This document shows positions 50,394 to 60,117 of a stretch of 64,000 nt of DNA, piece by piece; position 1 is the stretch's first letter, and each line of letters opens with the position of its first letter. Under the pieces are notes generated by a model. It was not told the origin of the DNA. It worked only from the letters and a program-made list of their open reading frames with translations, and did no database searches. The position numbers were made by a program, and so were the translations under genes. The DNA comes from Bryobacterales bacterium (lineage in GTDB: Bacteria > Acidobacteriota > Terriglobia > Bryobacterales > Bryobacteraceae): positions 443,057 to 507,056 of the forward strand of contig CAWAUR010000003.1 of assembly GCA_963785255.1 (NCBI GenBank). The letters run 5' to 3'.

Positions 50394-51683
50394 CTACCGT
50401 ACGGTAAAACTCGCCTGGGTCGTGTTGGCGCCGCCAGGGGTGGTGACAGTGATGGGCCCGCTGGTGGCGCCCCCGGGCACCGTCGCCCAGACATAATTCG
50501 ACCCGCTGTTGGACACCGCCGTGGCCGGCACGCCGTTGAAGGCCACTGAGGCGGATAGCAGATTCTGCCCCCAAATGCGCACGCGCGTGCCCGGCGCGCC
50601 GGACTGCGGGCTGAACTTCATCGGTAGCGGCTGCGGTTTCGGCAGGCCAACATCCAAGGCGAAGATTTCGCCCGCACCGGCGGCTCCTCCCGCCTGCGCC
50701 GTCCCGTAAATGATTCCGTCGCTGCCCTGCACCAGCGTGCAATTGCAGTAGGCGGTCGTCAGTTCGACTACCGGGCTGTATGCGCCGGACTTGCTAATGC
50801 GGAACAGCAGGCCGTGGCCGCTGCCCACCGTGCCGAGAGTTGCGCCGTAGAGGTTCCCATCGCTTCCCTCGATCAGCTCAATAGGTCCCCCATTGCGTGG
50901 GCTGGCGTAAGTGTACAGTAGCGTGTACTGTCCGGAGGGCGTCAGCTTGTAGATCGTTCCGGAGCCTTGGGGCCCACCCGTCGGAGTGGTCCCATAGAAG
51001 TTACCGTCGCTAGCTTGGAGGATGGCGACACCATAGAATCCGGCGAACGAGCCTGCGGGGAAGTTATATAGTTGCGTCATTGTTCCCGACGGGGTAACGC
51101 GATAGACATAGCCTGTAGTGGCCGGGTTCTGCTGCGAGACGCCATAGTAGTTGCCATCAGTGGCATAGACCACGTTGCTATACAGCCGCTCGCCGGAAGG
51201 AAACTGGTAGACCGGAGTCACCTGGCCGCTGGCGCTGACCCTCACGACGTATGGCGAAGCGTTCAGCAGGCCGACCCCAAGGAACGTGCCGTCCGGCAGG
51301 TTCCGATACAATGCGGGGGCAACGTTCTGGACCGGGCCGGTCACCGCGCTGCCGGGTGAAGAGGTGACCGACAGGACTTGCGGGTTAAAATTGCTCTCGA
51401 CAGCCGAGTAGTATCGCCCATCGGCTCCGCTCACCACGAGCGATATCACCTGAGCGCCGGCGGGCGGAACCGCCAGTGTGCTCATCGTGCCCTTTGAGGT
51501 CACGGAGAAAACATTTCCCGAGGTAACAGAGTAAAACACCCCGGGCGAACCCTCAATGATTCCGGCGGGCTGGTTATACTGGTTGAGCGAGGCCACCGTT
51601 CGGAGGGTCGGCGGGCCCTTGGGCTGCGCGGCCAGGATCGCAACGCCCAGCCCAATGACGATTAACGTTCGGTTCGCGGTCAT
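50394..51683 (-). CDS. Secreted GloVer-repeat protein with C-terminal IPT/TIG domain
   Basis: Signal anchor MTANRTLIVIGLGVAILAAQ. Repeats ..DGNFYGTTPTGGPQGSGTIYKLTPSG.. and ..DGNLYGATLGTVGSGHGLLFRI... The C-terminus ..FSPQSGAPGTRVRIWGQNL...V.FNGVPA......S......VP.GATSGPITVTTPGG is IPT-like. Confidence 0.75.
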   Translation of the reverse strand: MTANRTLIVIGLGVAILAAQPKGPPTLRTVASLNQYNQPAGIIEGSPGVFYSVTSGNVFSVTSKGTMSTLAVPPAGAQVISLVVSGADGRYYSAVESNFNPQVLSVTSSPGSAVTGPVQNVAPALYRNLPDGTFLGVGLLNASPYVVRVSASGQVTPVYQFPSGERLYSNVVYATDGNYYGVSQQNPATTGYVYRVTPSGTMTQLYNFPAGSFAGFYGVAILQASDGNFYGTTPTGGPQGSGTIYKLTPSGQYTLLYTYASPRNGGPIELIEGSDGNLYGATLGTVGSGHGLLFRISKSGAYSPVVELTTAYCNCTLVQGSDGIIYGTAQAGGAAGAGEIFALDVGLPKPQPLPMKFSPQSGAPGTRVRIWGQNLLSASVAFNGVPATAVSNSGSNYVWATVPGGATSGPITVTTPGGANTTQASFTVR

Positions 51684-51715
51684 AGAAGCACTCCAATTTG
51701 TTATGGGCCGCGACC

Positions 51716-53544
51716 TCAATGGCCGTGTCCACTGTAGACTATTACACCCGAGCAAGGCGCGGATGGGGAGCACGAGGAGCCAGCGCTAGCCGTGATCCCG
51801 GAAGTCGGTATGTAGACGTATCCGTTGTTGATCGTGGGTATGGAGAACGATACACCCGTACTGTTGAAGGAATTCTCGCTTATCTCGAAGAAGGTGCTCT
51901 GCGAGGTCGTGGGACAACTCGATACAACGCTGTTACTCGTGCACCAAATCGGGCCATTAGCCACGTTGGCCGCGTCGTACGCGGCCAGCACCGCCGCTGG
52001 CAAGGAGTTTCCCCCGATTGTCGTGTTGGTCCCCACAATCGCCAGGCCCCAGGCCACCGCGCCACTGCCGCTATTCGAGGTGACGACCACGGATCCACCT
52101 GGGTAGTCTACGTCGCCCGACGCGCTGGTGTCGCGAGCGGGGTTCACGAACCAGCCGCTATAACCCACTGAGTCGGGCAGAGAGGTGCAACTGCACGGAT
52201 TGGATCCCACGGTCGTGCAGGACCCGATTGGATTGGTGAAGGCTTGGTTCACGGTGATCTGAGTGTTGCTCGTGATACCGGTCACGATTCGCGACTGGCC
52301 GCTGTTAGCCGATCCTTCGTCTATGAGCGCGTCGCCGGGAACTAGCCAGGTAGTAAAGGTCGTGCCGCTCCCGCAGATTGTGGTGCCGTTGGACCCGATC
52401 GTCGCACCAGCCGGTTCGATTGCCTGGTTGTTGCTGGACTCGATGGAAGTAAGAGTCTCATTGCTGGGCCAAAGATAGAGGCGTTTGGTCGAGCTGTCCG
52501 GGTCGAAAGCCAAGCTGGTTATCCGGTCGCATGCCGTGTCGCCCTCCAAGTTTTGACACTGCGCCTGATTCCCGGCGAACGGGAAGGCATTGCCTGGGTC
52601 GCCGGTCGCGAATCCCGGATGGCCCCCCAAAGAGGTGGACACGCCCGGGAAGCACAGCGGCGTCTCGTCCGTGGTGTCCCCACAAAGATTGGCCTGTCTC
52701 AGAAGGTAGCCGTAACCCGCCTTGTCGAACGTGAGAAGCCACTGATTGCTGCTGGAGTCGGTGTAGAGCATCACGCCGCTCACGGCCATATCGAAATCGT
52801 TCTGGTTCATGCCCTGAAAAGTGTACGCTGGTGTCGCGCTGCCCTCCGGTGGTGTGACCGGGATTTGTCCGCCCCCTGCGGCGTTCCCGTTGGGTGTAAA
52901 GTACTCCGTGGGGGACGTGGCGAAGCCGGCCGAGGTCGCGGTGAAATCGAGAACGCTTTGGCCCCAGTTGTAAAGCGTCGTGTAAGTGGTGTTCTGCTGG
53001 AAGGGACCATTGCCCACGCCGAAGTACCCGTGGGTGGTGCCCGCCGGGTCTTGGTTTGCGGCGCCCGTGCCGCCGCTCGGGGTGATGTCGCCGGCGTTGA
53101 AGGCGAAGATACTGCCTTCCAGCGTCGCGACAACCAGCAGATTGCAGCCCTCCTCGGTGGGACAGTTCGGGAGTCCCACGCTTGCCGGAACCAGCGCAAG
53201 ATATAGCGGCTGCGCGACCACTGGATTCACGGAGCCGAACGGGATGTTAGCCGTATCCACCTGAAGCGGCGACCAGGTGGCTTCGGGAGAATTGGGTGGG
53301 ACGAGTGTTATCGTTCCATTTGAAATGCACCCCGAAGTCAGCAGACTTTCACCGCCTTGTAGCTTTGCCGCAGGTTGCCGTATTGGGCCGTCCAGACGCT
53401 CGGTGGGTTGCTGCTATCGGCGCATGTAACCGAGGGAACTGCTTGAGCCTCGGCGCGGCGGCATGTTACAGGAGCTAAGGTTGCCACGAGCAGAACAAAC
53501 AGAAGTCCTCGCGGCGAAATGCGACGCGAACCACGAGTGGGCAT
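51716..53544 (-). pseudogene. Secreted Gly/Ser/Thr/Cys-rich beta-propeller-like protein, apparently frameshifted near 53340-53400
   Basis: GGAGGG SD plus ATG at 53544. The signal peptide (..GLLFVLLVATLAPVTCRRAEAQA) is in one frame (ORF 53338..53544). The 514-aa body is in another frame that stays open upstream of 53260. Confidence 0.5.
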
Positions 53545-53769
53545 GAGCTATTCCCTCCGCGCCGCGCTCGCTCGGTTCGTGAGGTTTCGCCCCCTCCTGA
53601 GTTGGCGAGGTTTCGCCCCGTCCCGCTGAGCCTGACTAAGTAGACCACGTAATTCGGAGCGCGTCAAGATATTTTTTTGATAGCCTCGGGATAAGTTGGC
53701 CAAGTATGGGTTCGGACGCACAGCCCTTTGAGTTAGTCGCACGTTTGTAACTCGACCGACTCACCGCCG

Positions 53770-53983
53770 CAGCCCGGCAGGTTTCGCGAGCGCGTTCGAG
53801 CGGACTGGTCAGTACTAAGGCGAAGCGGCGTCGAGCCAGTCTACGCCCGATTTCCTGGGCGTGGCGGCGGCCGGCATCCGTGAGCGGAATATCGGTGCGT
53901 CCAGTGTGCTGCCCGGTCACAGTCCACGCTGTCTCGCCGTGACGGATCAGCCAAATTTCCGGTTGGGAATTATTATCGGGCAT
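53770..53983 (-). pseudogene. Truncated paralogue of the histidine phosphatase gene (first ~72 codons only)
   Basis: MPDNNSQPEIWLIRHGETAWTVTGQHTGRTDIPLTDAGRRHAQEIGRRLARRRFALVLTSPLERARETCR, then unrelated sequence. Colinear with 49980-50192. Confidence 0.7.
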
Positions 53984-54025
53984 GCTAATGATAAAGCATA
54001 CCCGATGGAGGGAGAATAGGGAAAC

Positions 54026-55675
54026 ATGCCTATCGATCCGCGCGCGGGCAAACCCGCGCCATCCACCATGCTGGTGAACGTTCCCCGCCTGATTACGGCT
54101 TACTACACGGGCCGGCCCGACCCGGCAATGCGCGCGCAACGCGTGGCGTTCGGCACCTCGGGACATCGCGGCTCTTCGTTCGCGCTTTCGTTCAACGAAG
54201 CGCACATCCTGGCGATTACGCAGGCCATCTGCCAACACCGCAAGCAGGAGAAGATCGCGGGGCCGTTGTTTCTGGCGATGGATACGCATGCGCTTTCCGA
54301 TCCCGCGTGGGTGAGCGCACTCGAAGTGCTGGCGGCCAACGGCGTGGATACCATGATCGATAGCGCGGGCGGCTATACGCCTACGCCGGCTCTTTCACAC
54401 GCCATCCTGACACACAACCGCGACCACGCGGAGGCGTTGGCGGATGGCATCGTGATCACGCCCTCGCACAATCCGCCGGAGGATGGCGGGTTCAAATATA
54501 ATCCGCCCAACGGCGGTCCGGCGGATACCGCCGCGACGGGCTGGATCGAAGATCGCGCCAACCAGTTGCTGGAAGGCGGGCTGCGCGAGGTGCTGCGCAT
54601 GCCGTACGACGGCGCGATCAAGGTGTCCACTACACATCGGCACGATTATGTTTCAGCCTATGTGAACGATCTGGGCAGCGTGCTGGATATGGAAGCCATC
54701 CGCGGCGCGCGGCTCAACATCTGCGCGGACCCGCTGGGCGGCGCAGGCGTGGCATATTGGGGGCGCATCAGCGAGCGCTACGGCGTGCCGCTCACCATTT
54801 TGAACGATACAGTGGACCCTACCTTCCGTTTCATGTCCGTCGATTGGGACGGCAAGATCCGCATGGACTGTTCGTCGCCTTACGCCATGGCTGGGTTGAT
54901 CGCGCTGAAGGACCGCTTCGACGTGGCGTTCGGCTGCGATACGGATCACGACCGGCACGGCGTGGTGACGCGCAGCGCGGGGCTGTTGAATCCGAATCAT
55001 TACCTGGCGGTGGCGATTTCGTATTTGTTCCAGCATCGGCCGGGATGGCCGAAGGGCGCGGCGGTGGGCAAGACTCTGGTATCGAGCAGCATGATCGACC
55101 GGGTGGCGGCGGGATTGAAGGTAAAGTTGGTGGAAGTGCCGGTGGGTTTTAAGTGGATGGTGGATGGCTTGGTGAGCGGCGCGTTCGGGTTCGGCGGCGA
55201 GGAGAGCGCGGGTGCGTCGTTCCTGCGGCGCGATGGCGCGGTTTGGACTACCGATAAGGACGGCATCATCATGGGGCTGCTGGCGGCCGAGATTCTAGCG
55301 CGCACGGGGCGCGATCCGGGCGAGATTTATCGCGAGTTGACGGAGAAGTACGGCGCGCCGGTTTATGAGCGGATCGACGCGCCGGCCACGCCTGAACAGA
55401 AGGCGGTATTGATGAAGCTGTCGCCGGAGCAATTGCACGCGGCGGAGTTCGCAGGCGAGAAGATTGTGGCCACGCTTACGACGGCGCCGGGGAATGGAGA
55501 GCCCATCGGCGGGTTGAAGGTGGTGACGGCGAACGGCTGGTTCGCGGCGCGGCCGTCGGGGACGGAGAGCGTTTATAAGTTATACGCGGAGAGCTTTTTG
55601 GGCGAGGAGCATCTGCGGAGGATTCAGAAAGAGGCGCGGGAGTTGATTGCGCAGACGTTCGGGGATGTGGCGTAA
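54026..55675 (+). CDS. pgm: Phosphoglucomutase, alpha-D-glucose phosphate-specific
   Basis: 549 aa. ..AGKPA....LVNV.RLITAYY...PD......[13 protein letters not shown].., ..[22 protein letters not shown].., ..GGEESAG.S. Confidence 0.92.
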   Translation: MPIDPRAGKPAPSTMLVNVPRLITAYYTGRPDPAMRAQRVAFGTSGHRGSSFALSFNEAHILAITQAICQHRKQEKIAGPLFLAMDTHALSDPAWVSALEVLAANGVDTMIDSAGGYTPTPALSHAILTHNRDHAEALADGIVITPSHNPPEDGGFKYNPPNGGPADTAATGWIEDRANQLLEGGLREVLRMPYDGAIKVSTTHRHDYVSAYVNDLGSVLDMEAIRGARLNICADPLGGAGVAYWGRISERYGVPLTILNDTVDPTFRFMSVDWDGKIRMDCSSPYAMAGLIALKDRFDVAFGCDTDHDRHGVVTRSAGLLNPNHYLAVAISYLFQHRPGWPKGAAVGKTLVSSSMIDRVAAGLKVKLVEVPVGFKWMVDGLVSGAFGFGGEESAGASFLRRDGAVWTTDKDGIIMGLLAAEILARTGRDPGEIYRELTEKYGAPVYERIDAPATPEQKAVLMKLSPEQLHAAEFAGEKIVATLTTAPGNGEPIGGLKVVTANGWFAARPSGTESVYKLYAESFLGEEHLRRIQKEARELIAQTFGDVA

Positions 55676-55680
55676 TCCGT

Positions 55681-55796
55681 GTGGGGCAGGCACTCTGCCT
55701 GCGCGGGCCTCGTAGGCCCGCTCTTTCGGCGCGCGAAGTGCAGCGCTGCGCCGCAGGCGGCCTGAGAGGCCGCCGCAGGCAGGGTGCCTGCCCCAC
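55681..55796. repeat. Composite REP cluster between convergent pgm and gspK
   Basis: GTGGGGCAGGCACTCTGCCTGCGCGGGCCTCGTAGGCCCGCTCTTTCGGCG ... GCAGGCGGCCTGAGAGGCCGCCGCAGGCAGGGTGCCTGCCCCAC. Confidence 0.85.
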
Positions 55797-55797
55797 T

Positions 55798-56871
55798 CTA
55801 AAGCGCCCAGTCGTACCAGCGGAGAATGTGGTACGAGGTAATATCTTGTCCGGGCTGGAGAAACTTCACCTGCGCGCCCACGCTGCGGCGCAGATCCGAT
55901 AACTGGCCGTTGGCGAGGCGCAGGCGCGCGGTGGAGCGCAGCGTGAAAACAGTAATCCCACCGACACGCAGGCGGGAGAAGCCATCGCCCGCGATTTGCG
56001 TGAACGGCGCCAGATCGGCCTGTGTCGCAAAGGGCTGGCCGCGGCGGTGCTGGACGAGGGCGGCCACTCCTTCGGGTGGAACTCCGGCGGCAGCCAAGAC
56101 GGCCGGCGGCGCGGTGTTCACGTCGAACTGGGAGACGGTGCCGTAGACGGAAAGGCAATCGCGCAGGCCGGTGCGTGGCGCGATTTGCCGCGCGGGGCCT
56201 TCGCCCATTGCCTGCCAGTCGCCGTAATAAAGATCCGGCGTGACGCCCTTTACGGAAAGTAACTCCTCGATTTCCTGGAAGCGCGCATGCGGCGCGACAT
56301 ACGGCGGACGGAGCGACGCGTAGAACTCGTCGAACGCGCTGCCCGATGGCGGCGGAGGTGGCTCGCGCCAGTCGACGATCGCCGCGGCGATCTCCTGCGC
56401 ACGCGCTGGGCCGACGCCGAGGTTTAGGACCAGGCGGAATAGTTCATCGGGCAAGGCGCGATTGATATTGAATTTGGCGGTTTCCGGAACGACATCGACT
56501 ATGGTTTGGCCTTCAGGAAAATCCAAGATGAAGAAGGGCTGGGGTGGTTTGAAACGCGGGATATCGGGATGGGTGCGGCCCCAATCCATGTAGAGGATGG
56601 CGCGACGCAAGCCGCCGATGGCCAGATCCTGGGCGCGGAGTCCATCGACCGCTGTGGCGCTGCGTTCGGCTTCGCCGCGCACGGTATCGGCGAGCGAAAA
56701 GGCGATGGCGCCGAGAGCCGCGGAGAGCCACAGCACGGCCAGGAGCGCCGTTCCGCGAACTGACTGTTTGTGGGGCAGACCATCGTTCTTTGTGGTCTGC
56801 CGCGATGCCGCGGCAGAAGGCAGACGACGAAAAGCGATCGTCTGCCCCACGTTATTGAAAGAGGTCCGCAT
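55798..56871 (-). CDS. gspK: Type II secretion system minor pseudopilin GspK-like
   Basis: ..RGTALLAVLWLSAALGAIAFSLADTVRGEAERSA...D.LRA..LA.GG+..A.. and C-terminal helix-hairpin-helix-like ..LLSVKGVTPDLY... The N-terminal ~30 codons read through a palindromic repeat, so the start is uncertain. Confidence 0.7.
   Translation of the reverse strand: MRTSFNNVGQTIAFRRLPSAAASRQTTKNDGLPHKQSVRGTALLAVLWLSAALGAIAFSLADTVRGEAERSATAVDGLRAQDLAIGGLRRAILYMDWGRTHPDIPRFKPPQPFFILDFPEGQTIVDVVPETAKFNINRALPDELFRLVLNLGVGPARAQEIAAAIVDWREPPPPPSGSAFDEFYASLRPPYVAPHARFQEIEELLSVKGVTPDLYYGDWQAMGEGPARQIAPRTGLRDCLSVYGTVSQFDVNTAPPAVLAAAGVPPEGVAALVQHRRGQPFATQADLAPFTQIAGDGFSRLRVGGITVFTLRSTARLRLANGQLSDLRRSVGAQVKFLQPGQDITSYHILRWYDWAL
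56769..56850. repeat. Double GGCAGAC..GTCTGCC palindromic repeat inside the gspJ/gspK junction
   Basis: TGTGGGGCAGACCATCGTTCTTTGTGGTCTGCC..GGCAGACGACGAAAAGCGATCGTCTGCCCCAC. Confidence 0.75.
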
Positions 56872-57601
56872 AGGTTTTCTCCGGCCGCCGATTGATGGGG
56901 ATCGCGGCGGTGACGGTCAGGGGACGCAGGCGCGCGGGGTTATCCTCCAGCGGCGCCATGTCCACGCGCAGGCCTCCCGGCCATTGAGGCACCACCCAAT
57001 CGGGGCGCCAATGATCCACGTCCGGCGGGATGCCCGGCTCCAGATACGAGAAACGGCACCAGGCCAACTTGTCGGCCAGCACGAACGATTGCGTGGTGGC
57101 CTCAATCGGGCGGTAGAGCGGCATCGGCAAACCCGACGTGGGATCGGGCGCGATTCCCAGGCACAATTGGCCGGTGCTGATCGGACCGGTATAGGGGATC
57201 TCGTTCACTACCAGCCGCACACCGCGGCCTTCATCCCCAGGGATGACTTGCAGTTCCAGGATGCGCGGCTGCCCGCGCCAGGCTTCCTGCAGCGAGTACG
57301 TGGATACCAGCCGCATGGATTGCGGCTGTCCCTGAAAAAACACAAAGGGAGTCTGGGGTGCGTCCGGCCCGCCGGTGCACACTCCTTTTACAGGCATGAA
57401 GCCGCCGAGTTCTTGTTCGAGCACGCGCTGCGCGCCAGCCACACGGCGATTGGCGATCAGACGGTTGTTGGTCTTGTGCAGCGCGTCGAAGCCCATGCGG
57501 ATGGCTTCCAGCATGCCGAGCGACAGCAGGCTCAGCATAGTGACGGCGATCATGATTTCCATCAGGGTGATGCCGGATTGCCGGCCACGCGCGCGCATCA
57601 T
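56852..57601 (-). CDS. Pseudopilin, GspJ-like (prepilin N-terminal methylation domain)
   Basis: MMRARGRQSGITLMEIMIAVTMLSLLSLGML... The ATG overlaps the upstream TGA. Confidence 0.65.
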   Translation of the reverse strand: MMRARGRQSGITLMEIMIAVTMLSLLSLGMLEAIRMGFDALHKTNNRLIANRRVAGAQRVLEQELGGFMPVKGVCTGGPDAPQTPFVFFQGQPQSMRLVSTYSLQEAWRGQPRILELQVIPGDEGRGVRLVVNEIPYTGPISTGQLCLGIAPDPTSGLPMPLYRPIEATTQSFVLADKLAWCRFSYLEPGIPPDVDHWRPDWVVPQWPGGLRVDMAPLEDNPARLRPLTVTAAIPINRRPEKTYADLFQ

Positions 57602-58014
57602 TGCAGGTCCTCCTGACGCAGCACGTGCGCGCGATACCCGGCCAGCGCGAAGGTGCGGCGCTCGTTGTTGGCCATCCACCAGATCTCGAGCGTCAGGCGG
57701 TCGAGCGACTGCTGGCCCGGCGCGGGGTTGGGCGGCATTTCGAAACGCGTGAGCTGGGCGCTCCAGCCCCCGGGCACGCCGCCCGTGAGCGATGGGTCGA
57801 AGTCGCCGGTGACCTGCGCATTCAGGGGAAACAGCGGATCGGCCAGCAGTTCATCCATCTTGGAGCGCGCCAGCAGTGCCGCGCGGTCGCGATTGGTGAC
57901 GCGCTCGGCGTTGCGCATGGAAGCGGTGATGGCGCCCATGACGCCAATCACGGCGACGGCCATAATCAGGGTCGCCACCATCATTTCGAGCAGTGTGAAT
58001 CCGCGCGGTTTCAT
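57598..58014 (-). CDS. Pseudopilin, GspI-like
   Basis: MKPRGFTLLEMMVATLIMAVAVIGVMG.. prepilin motif. About 139 aa. ATGA overlap with the upstream gene. Confidence 0.65.
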   Translation of the reverse strand: MKPRGFTLLEMMVATLIMAVAVIGVMGAITASMRNAERVTNRDRAALLARSKMDELLADPLFPLNAQVTGDFDPSLTGGVPGGWSAQLTRFEMPPNPAPGQQSLDRLTLEIWWMANNERRTFALAGYRAHVLRQEDLQ

Positions 58015-58523
58015 GACGGCTGCTCGATCTGGGCGACGCCGGTGATTGGATCGAGGCGCACGATGCGGCGCGCGCCGTGCGGGTTGGCGATCTCGATGCC
58101 GATGCGCGGCGGCACACCGCCGGGCTGAATCACGAAGCGGCGCGGCAAATCGGTAGGTTCGGCAAGCGCCGGCCAAACAGCACGCACGGCGATACCGGGT
58201 GGAAGACTCAGCGTTTTCGTGAATGCGGAATCGGCCGCGCGCATGGCGATGGCGTTGTCCCGGACGGAGACGATCAATTCGACCGCCTGCTCGCGGCGTT
58301 CGGCATGATTGGCGGCGACGTTGATGAACGCGGCGACCGAGCGCGCTCCCGCGGCGAGACGGAGATTTTCGAGACCGGCCATGGTGTTGGGGAAGGCAAT
58401 GGCGACGATGAGCGCGATGATGGCCAGCGCGACCATCAGTTCCATCAGGGTGACGCCGCGAGTATGGCGCGGGACAGGCCAGGAGGCCTGTCCTACCTTA
58501 TTTCCAGTTGACGATATCGGCAT
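58011..58523 (-). CDS. Pseudopilin, GspH-like (start uncertain)
   Basis: ..RGVTLMELMVALAIIALIVAIAFP... The only in-frame starts (58523, 58550) lie inside the gspG 3' end, so the predicted leader would be translated through a REP element. Confidence 0.55.
   Translation of the reverse strand: MPISSTGNKVGQASWPVPRHTRGVTLMELMVALAIIALIVAIAFPNTMAGLENLRLAAGARSVAAFINVAANHAERREQAVELIVSVRDNAIAMRAADSAFTKTLSLPPGIAVRAVWPALAEPTDLPRRFVIQPGGVPPRIGIEIANPHGARRIVRLDPITGVAQIEQPS
58472..58496. repeat. REP element between gspG and the gspH-like gene
   Basis: GGACAGGCCAGGAGGCCTGTCCTAC. Confidence 0.8.
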
Positions 58524-58896
58524 TCGTGCCTTCGCCGCCGGGTTGTCCATCGGCGCCGTACGAAATGATGTCGGGCTCTTCGCCGTGTTCGCCGGGGAAC
58601 TTGTACACGTAAGGATGGTTCCAGGGATCCAGCGGTACATCCTTGCGCAGATACGGCCGCAAGGCGTCCAAGCCCTGCTCCTGTGGCGGGAAGAAGCCGT
58701 TGTCGGCGTGATACTGCACCAAGGCCGCCTCGAATCCGTTGATATCCGTGCGGGCCTTGACGATCTTCGCTTTGTCGACCTGTTGGAACAGCCTCGGCCC
58801 GACCAGCACGGCGAACAACGCGATGATGATCACCACCACCATCATCTCGATCAGAGTTACGCCCGCCTGAGTTCGCTTTCGATTGTGTGTCTTCAT
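58498..58896 (-). CDS. gspG: Type II secretion major pseudopilin GspG
   Basis: ..AGVTLIEMMVVVIIIALFAVLVGPRLF..VDKAK..KAR.DI..F..AL..Y..DNG.+P...QGL.AL......DPW..PY.Y..PGEHG..D+.SYGADG..GGEG.NADI.NW. Confidence 0.9.
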   Translation of the reverse strand: MKTHNRKRTQAGVTLIEMMVVVIIIALFAVLVGPRLFQQVDKAKIVKARTDINGFEAALVQYHADNGFFPPQEQGLDALRPYLRKDVPLDPWNHPYVYKFPGEHGEEPDIISYGADGQPGGEGTNADIVNWK

Positions 58897-60101
58897 ATGG
58901 CCACGTCGTTGATGCTGGTGATCGCCACCAGAATACTCAGAATAAACCCACCGACAATCACTCCCATTACCAGGATGACGATCGGCTCGAAGACCGCGGT
59001 GAAGCGTTTGATGGCCGCGCGCGTGTCTTCATCGTAGATGTCCGCCATGCGGGTGAACATCGAATCCAGTCTGCCGGTTTCTTCGCCGACCGTCAACAGG
59101 TGGCCCACCAGCGGCGGAAACACGCCTACCTTGGTGATGGGCGAAGCAATGCCTTCGCCGCGCTTCACACCTTGCGAAACGGCGTCCAGGCCGCGGGCAA
59201 TGTAGCGATTGTTCAGGATGGCGCTGGAAATTGAAATGGCCTGCACCAGGGGCACGGTGTTGCCGATCAACGTAGCCATGGCGCGCGCGAAGCGCGAAGT
59301 TTCGGACTTGCGCAGCGCATCGCCCAGCAGGGGCAGCTTCAAGCGCCACTGGTCCCAACGCAGACGCCCTTTGGCCGTCCCGACGTACACGCGCCACGAG
59401 ACGAACACTGCGGCCACGGCCAGCGCCGCGGCCCACCACCAGGTCTTTACGAAATCGCTGGCGGCCAGCATCATCTGCGTGGGCAGCGGCATCTGCATGT
59501 GCGAATCCTCGAACAACGCGGCGAAGCGCGGAATCACAAACGTGAGCAGGATCATCACCGAGGCCAGTCCCACCACGCATAACAGAGACGGATAGATCAT
59601 GGCCGAGATGATGTAATTGCGGAGCTCGTCGCGCGAGCGCTCGAAGTCGGAGAGGCGCTCGAACACTACGGCCAGCGATCCGGAGGCCTCGCCCGCGCGC
59701 ACCATGTTGACGAACAAATCGGTAAAATATTCGCCGTGCGTGGCGAGGCTGTCGGCCAGCGGCTTGCCGCCTTTGAGGACGCGCAGCACGTCCAGGACGA
59801 TGGTGCGGAAGGAGGCGCGTTCGGTCAGCTCGGCGGTGATGGCCAGGGCGCGATCGAGAGGCACGCCCGCATTGAGCAGCGTGGACATCTCCTGGGTGAA
59901 GAAGAGCACGTCGCGGCGGCGTCCGCCGGCGAAGGCCGGCAGCTTCAGCTCGTACGATTTCTTGGGCGCCACGCCGACATAGACGGGCGACAGGCCCTGC
60001 TTGCGCAATTCGCGGGCGACGTATTTGTCGGTCTCGCCGGCGAGTTGACCGGTGCGGAGTTTGCCATCTGCGGCCACGGCGCGGAAGAAGTAAGTAGTCA
60101 T
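58893..60101 (-). CDS. gspF: Type II secretion system inner-membrane platform protein GspF
   Basis: 402 aa. Two T2SSF repeats (..FTQEMSTLLNAGVPLDRAL.. and ..FARAMATLIGNTVPLVQAI..) and three TM segments. Confidence 0.9.
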   Translation of the reverse strand: MTTYFFRAVAADGKLRTGQLAGETDKYVARELRKQGLSPVYVGVAPKKSYELKLPAFAGGRRRDVLFFTQEMSTLLNAGVPLDRALAITAELTERASFRTIVLDVLRVLKGGKPLADSLATHGEYFTDLFVNMVRAGEASGSLAVVFERLSDFERSRDELRNYIISAMIYPSLLCVVGLASVMILLTFVIPRFAALFEDSHMQMPLPTQMMLAASDFVKTWWWAAALAVAAVFVSWRVYVGTAKGRLRWDQWRLKLPLLGDALRKSETSRFARAMATLIGNTVPLVQAISISSAILNNRYIARGLDAVSQGVKRGEGIASPITKVGVFPPLVGHLLTVGEETGRLDSMFTRMADIYDEDTRAAIKRFTAVFEPIVILVMGVIVGGFILSILVAITSINDVAI

Positions 60102-60117
60102 GGGCGCGCCTCGCGCG

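Noticed and set aside
53338-53340. TGA after the signal peptide of the propeller-like gene as a possible selenocysteine or read-through codon (..KVC-TGA..)
   Set aside because: A first hand translation suggested the downstream body was in frame. Re-deriving the reverse complement and checking coordinates modulo 3 (53544 vs 53260) shows the two parts are in different frames. A frameshift, not recoding, separates them. No convincing SECIS-like hairpin was found either.
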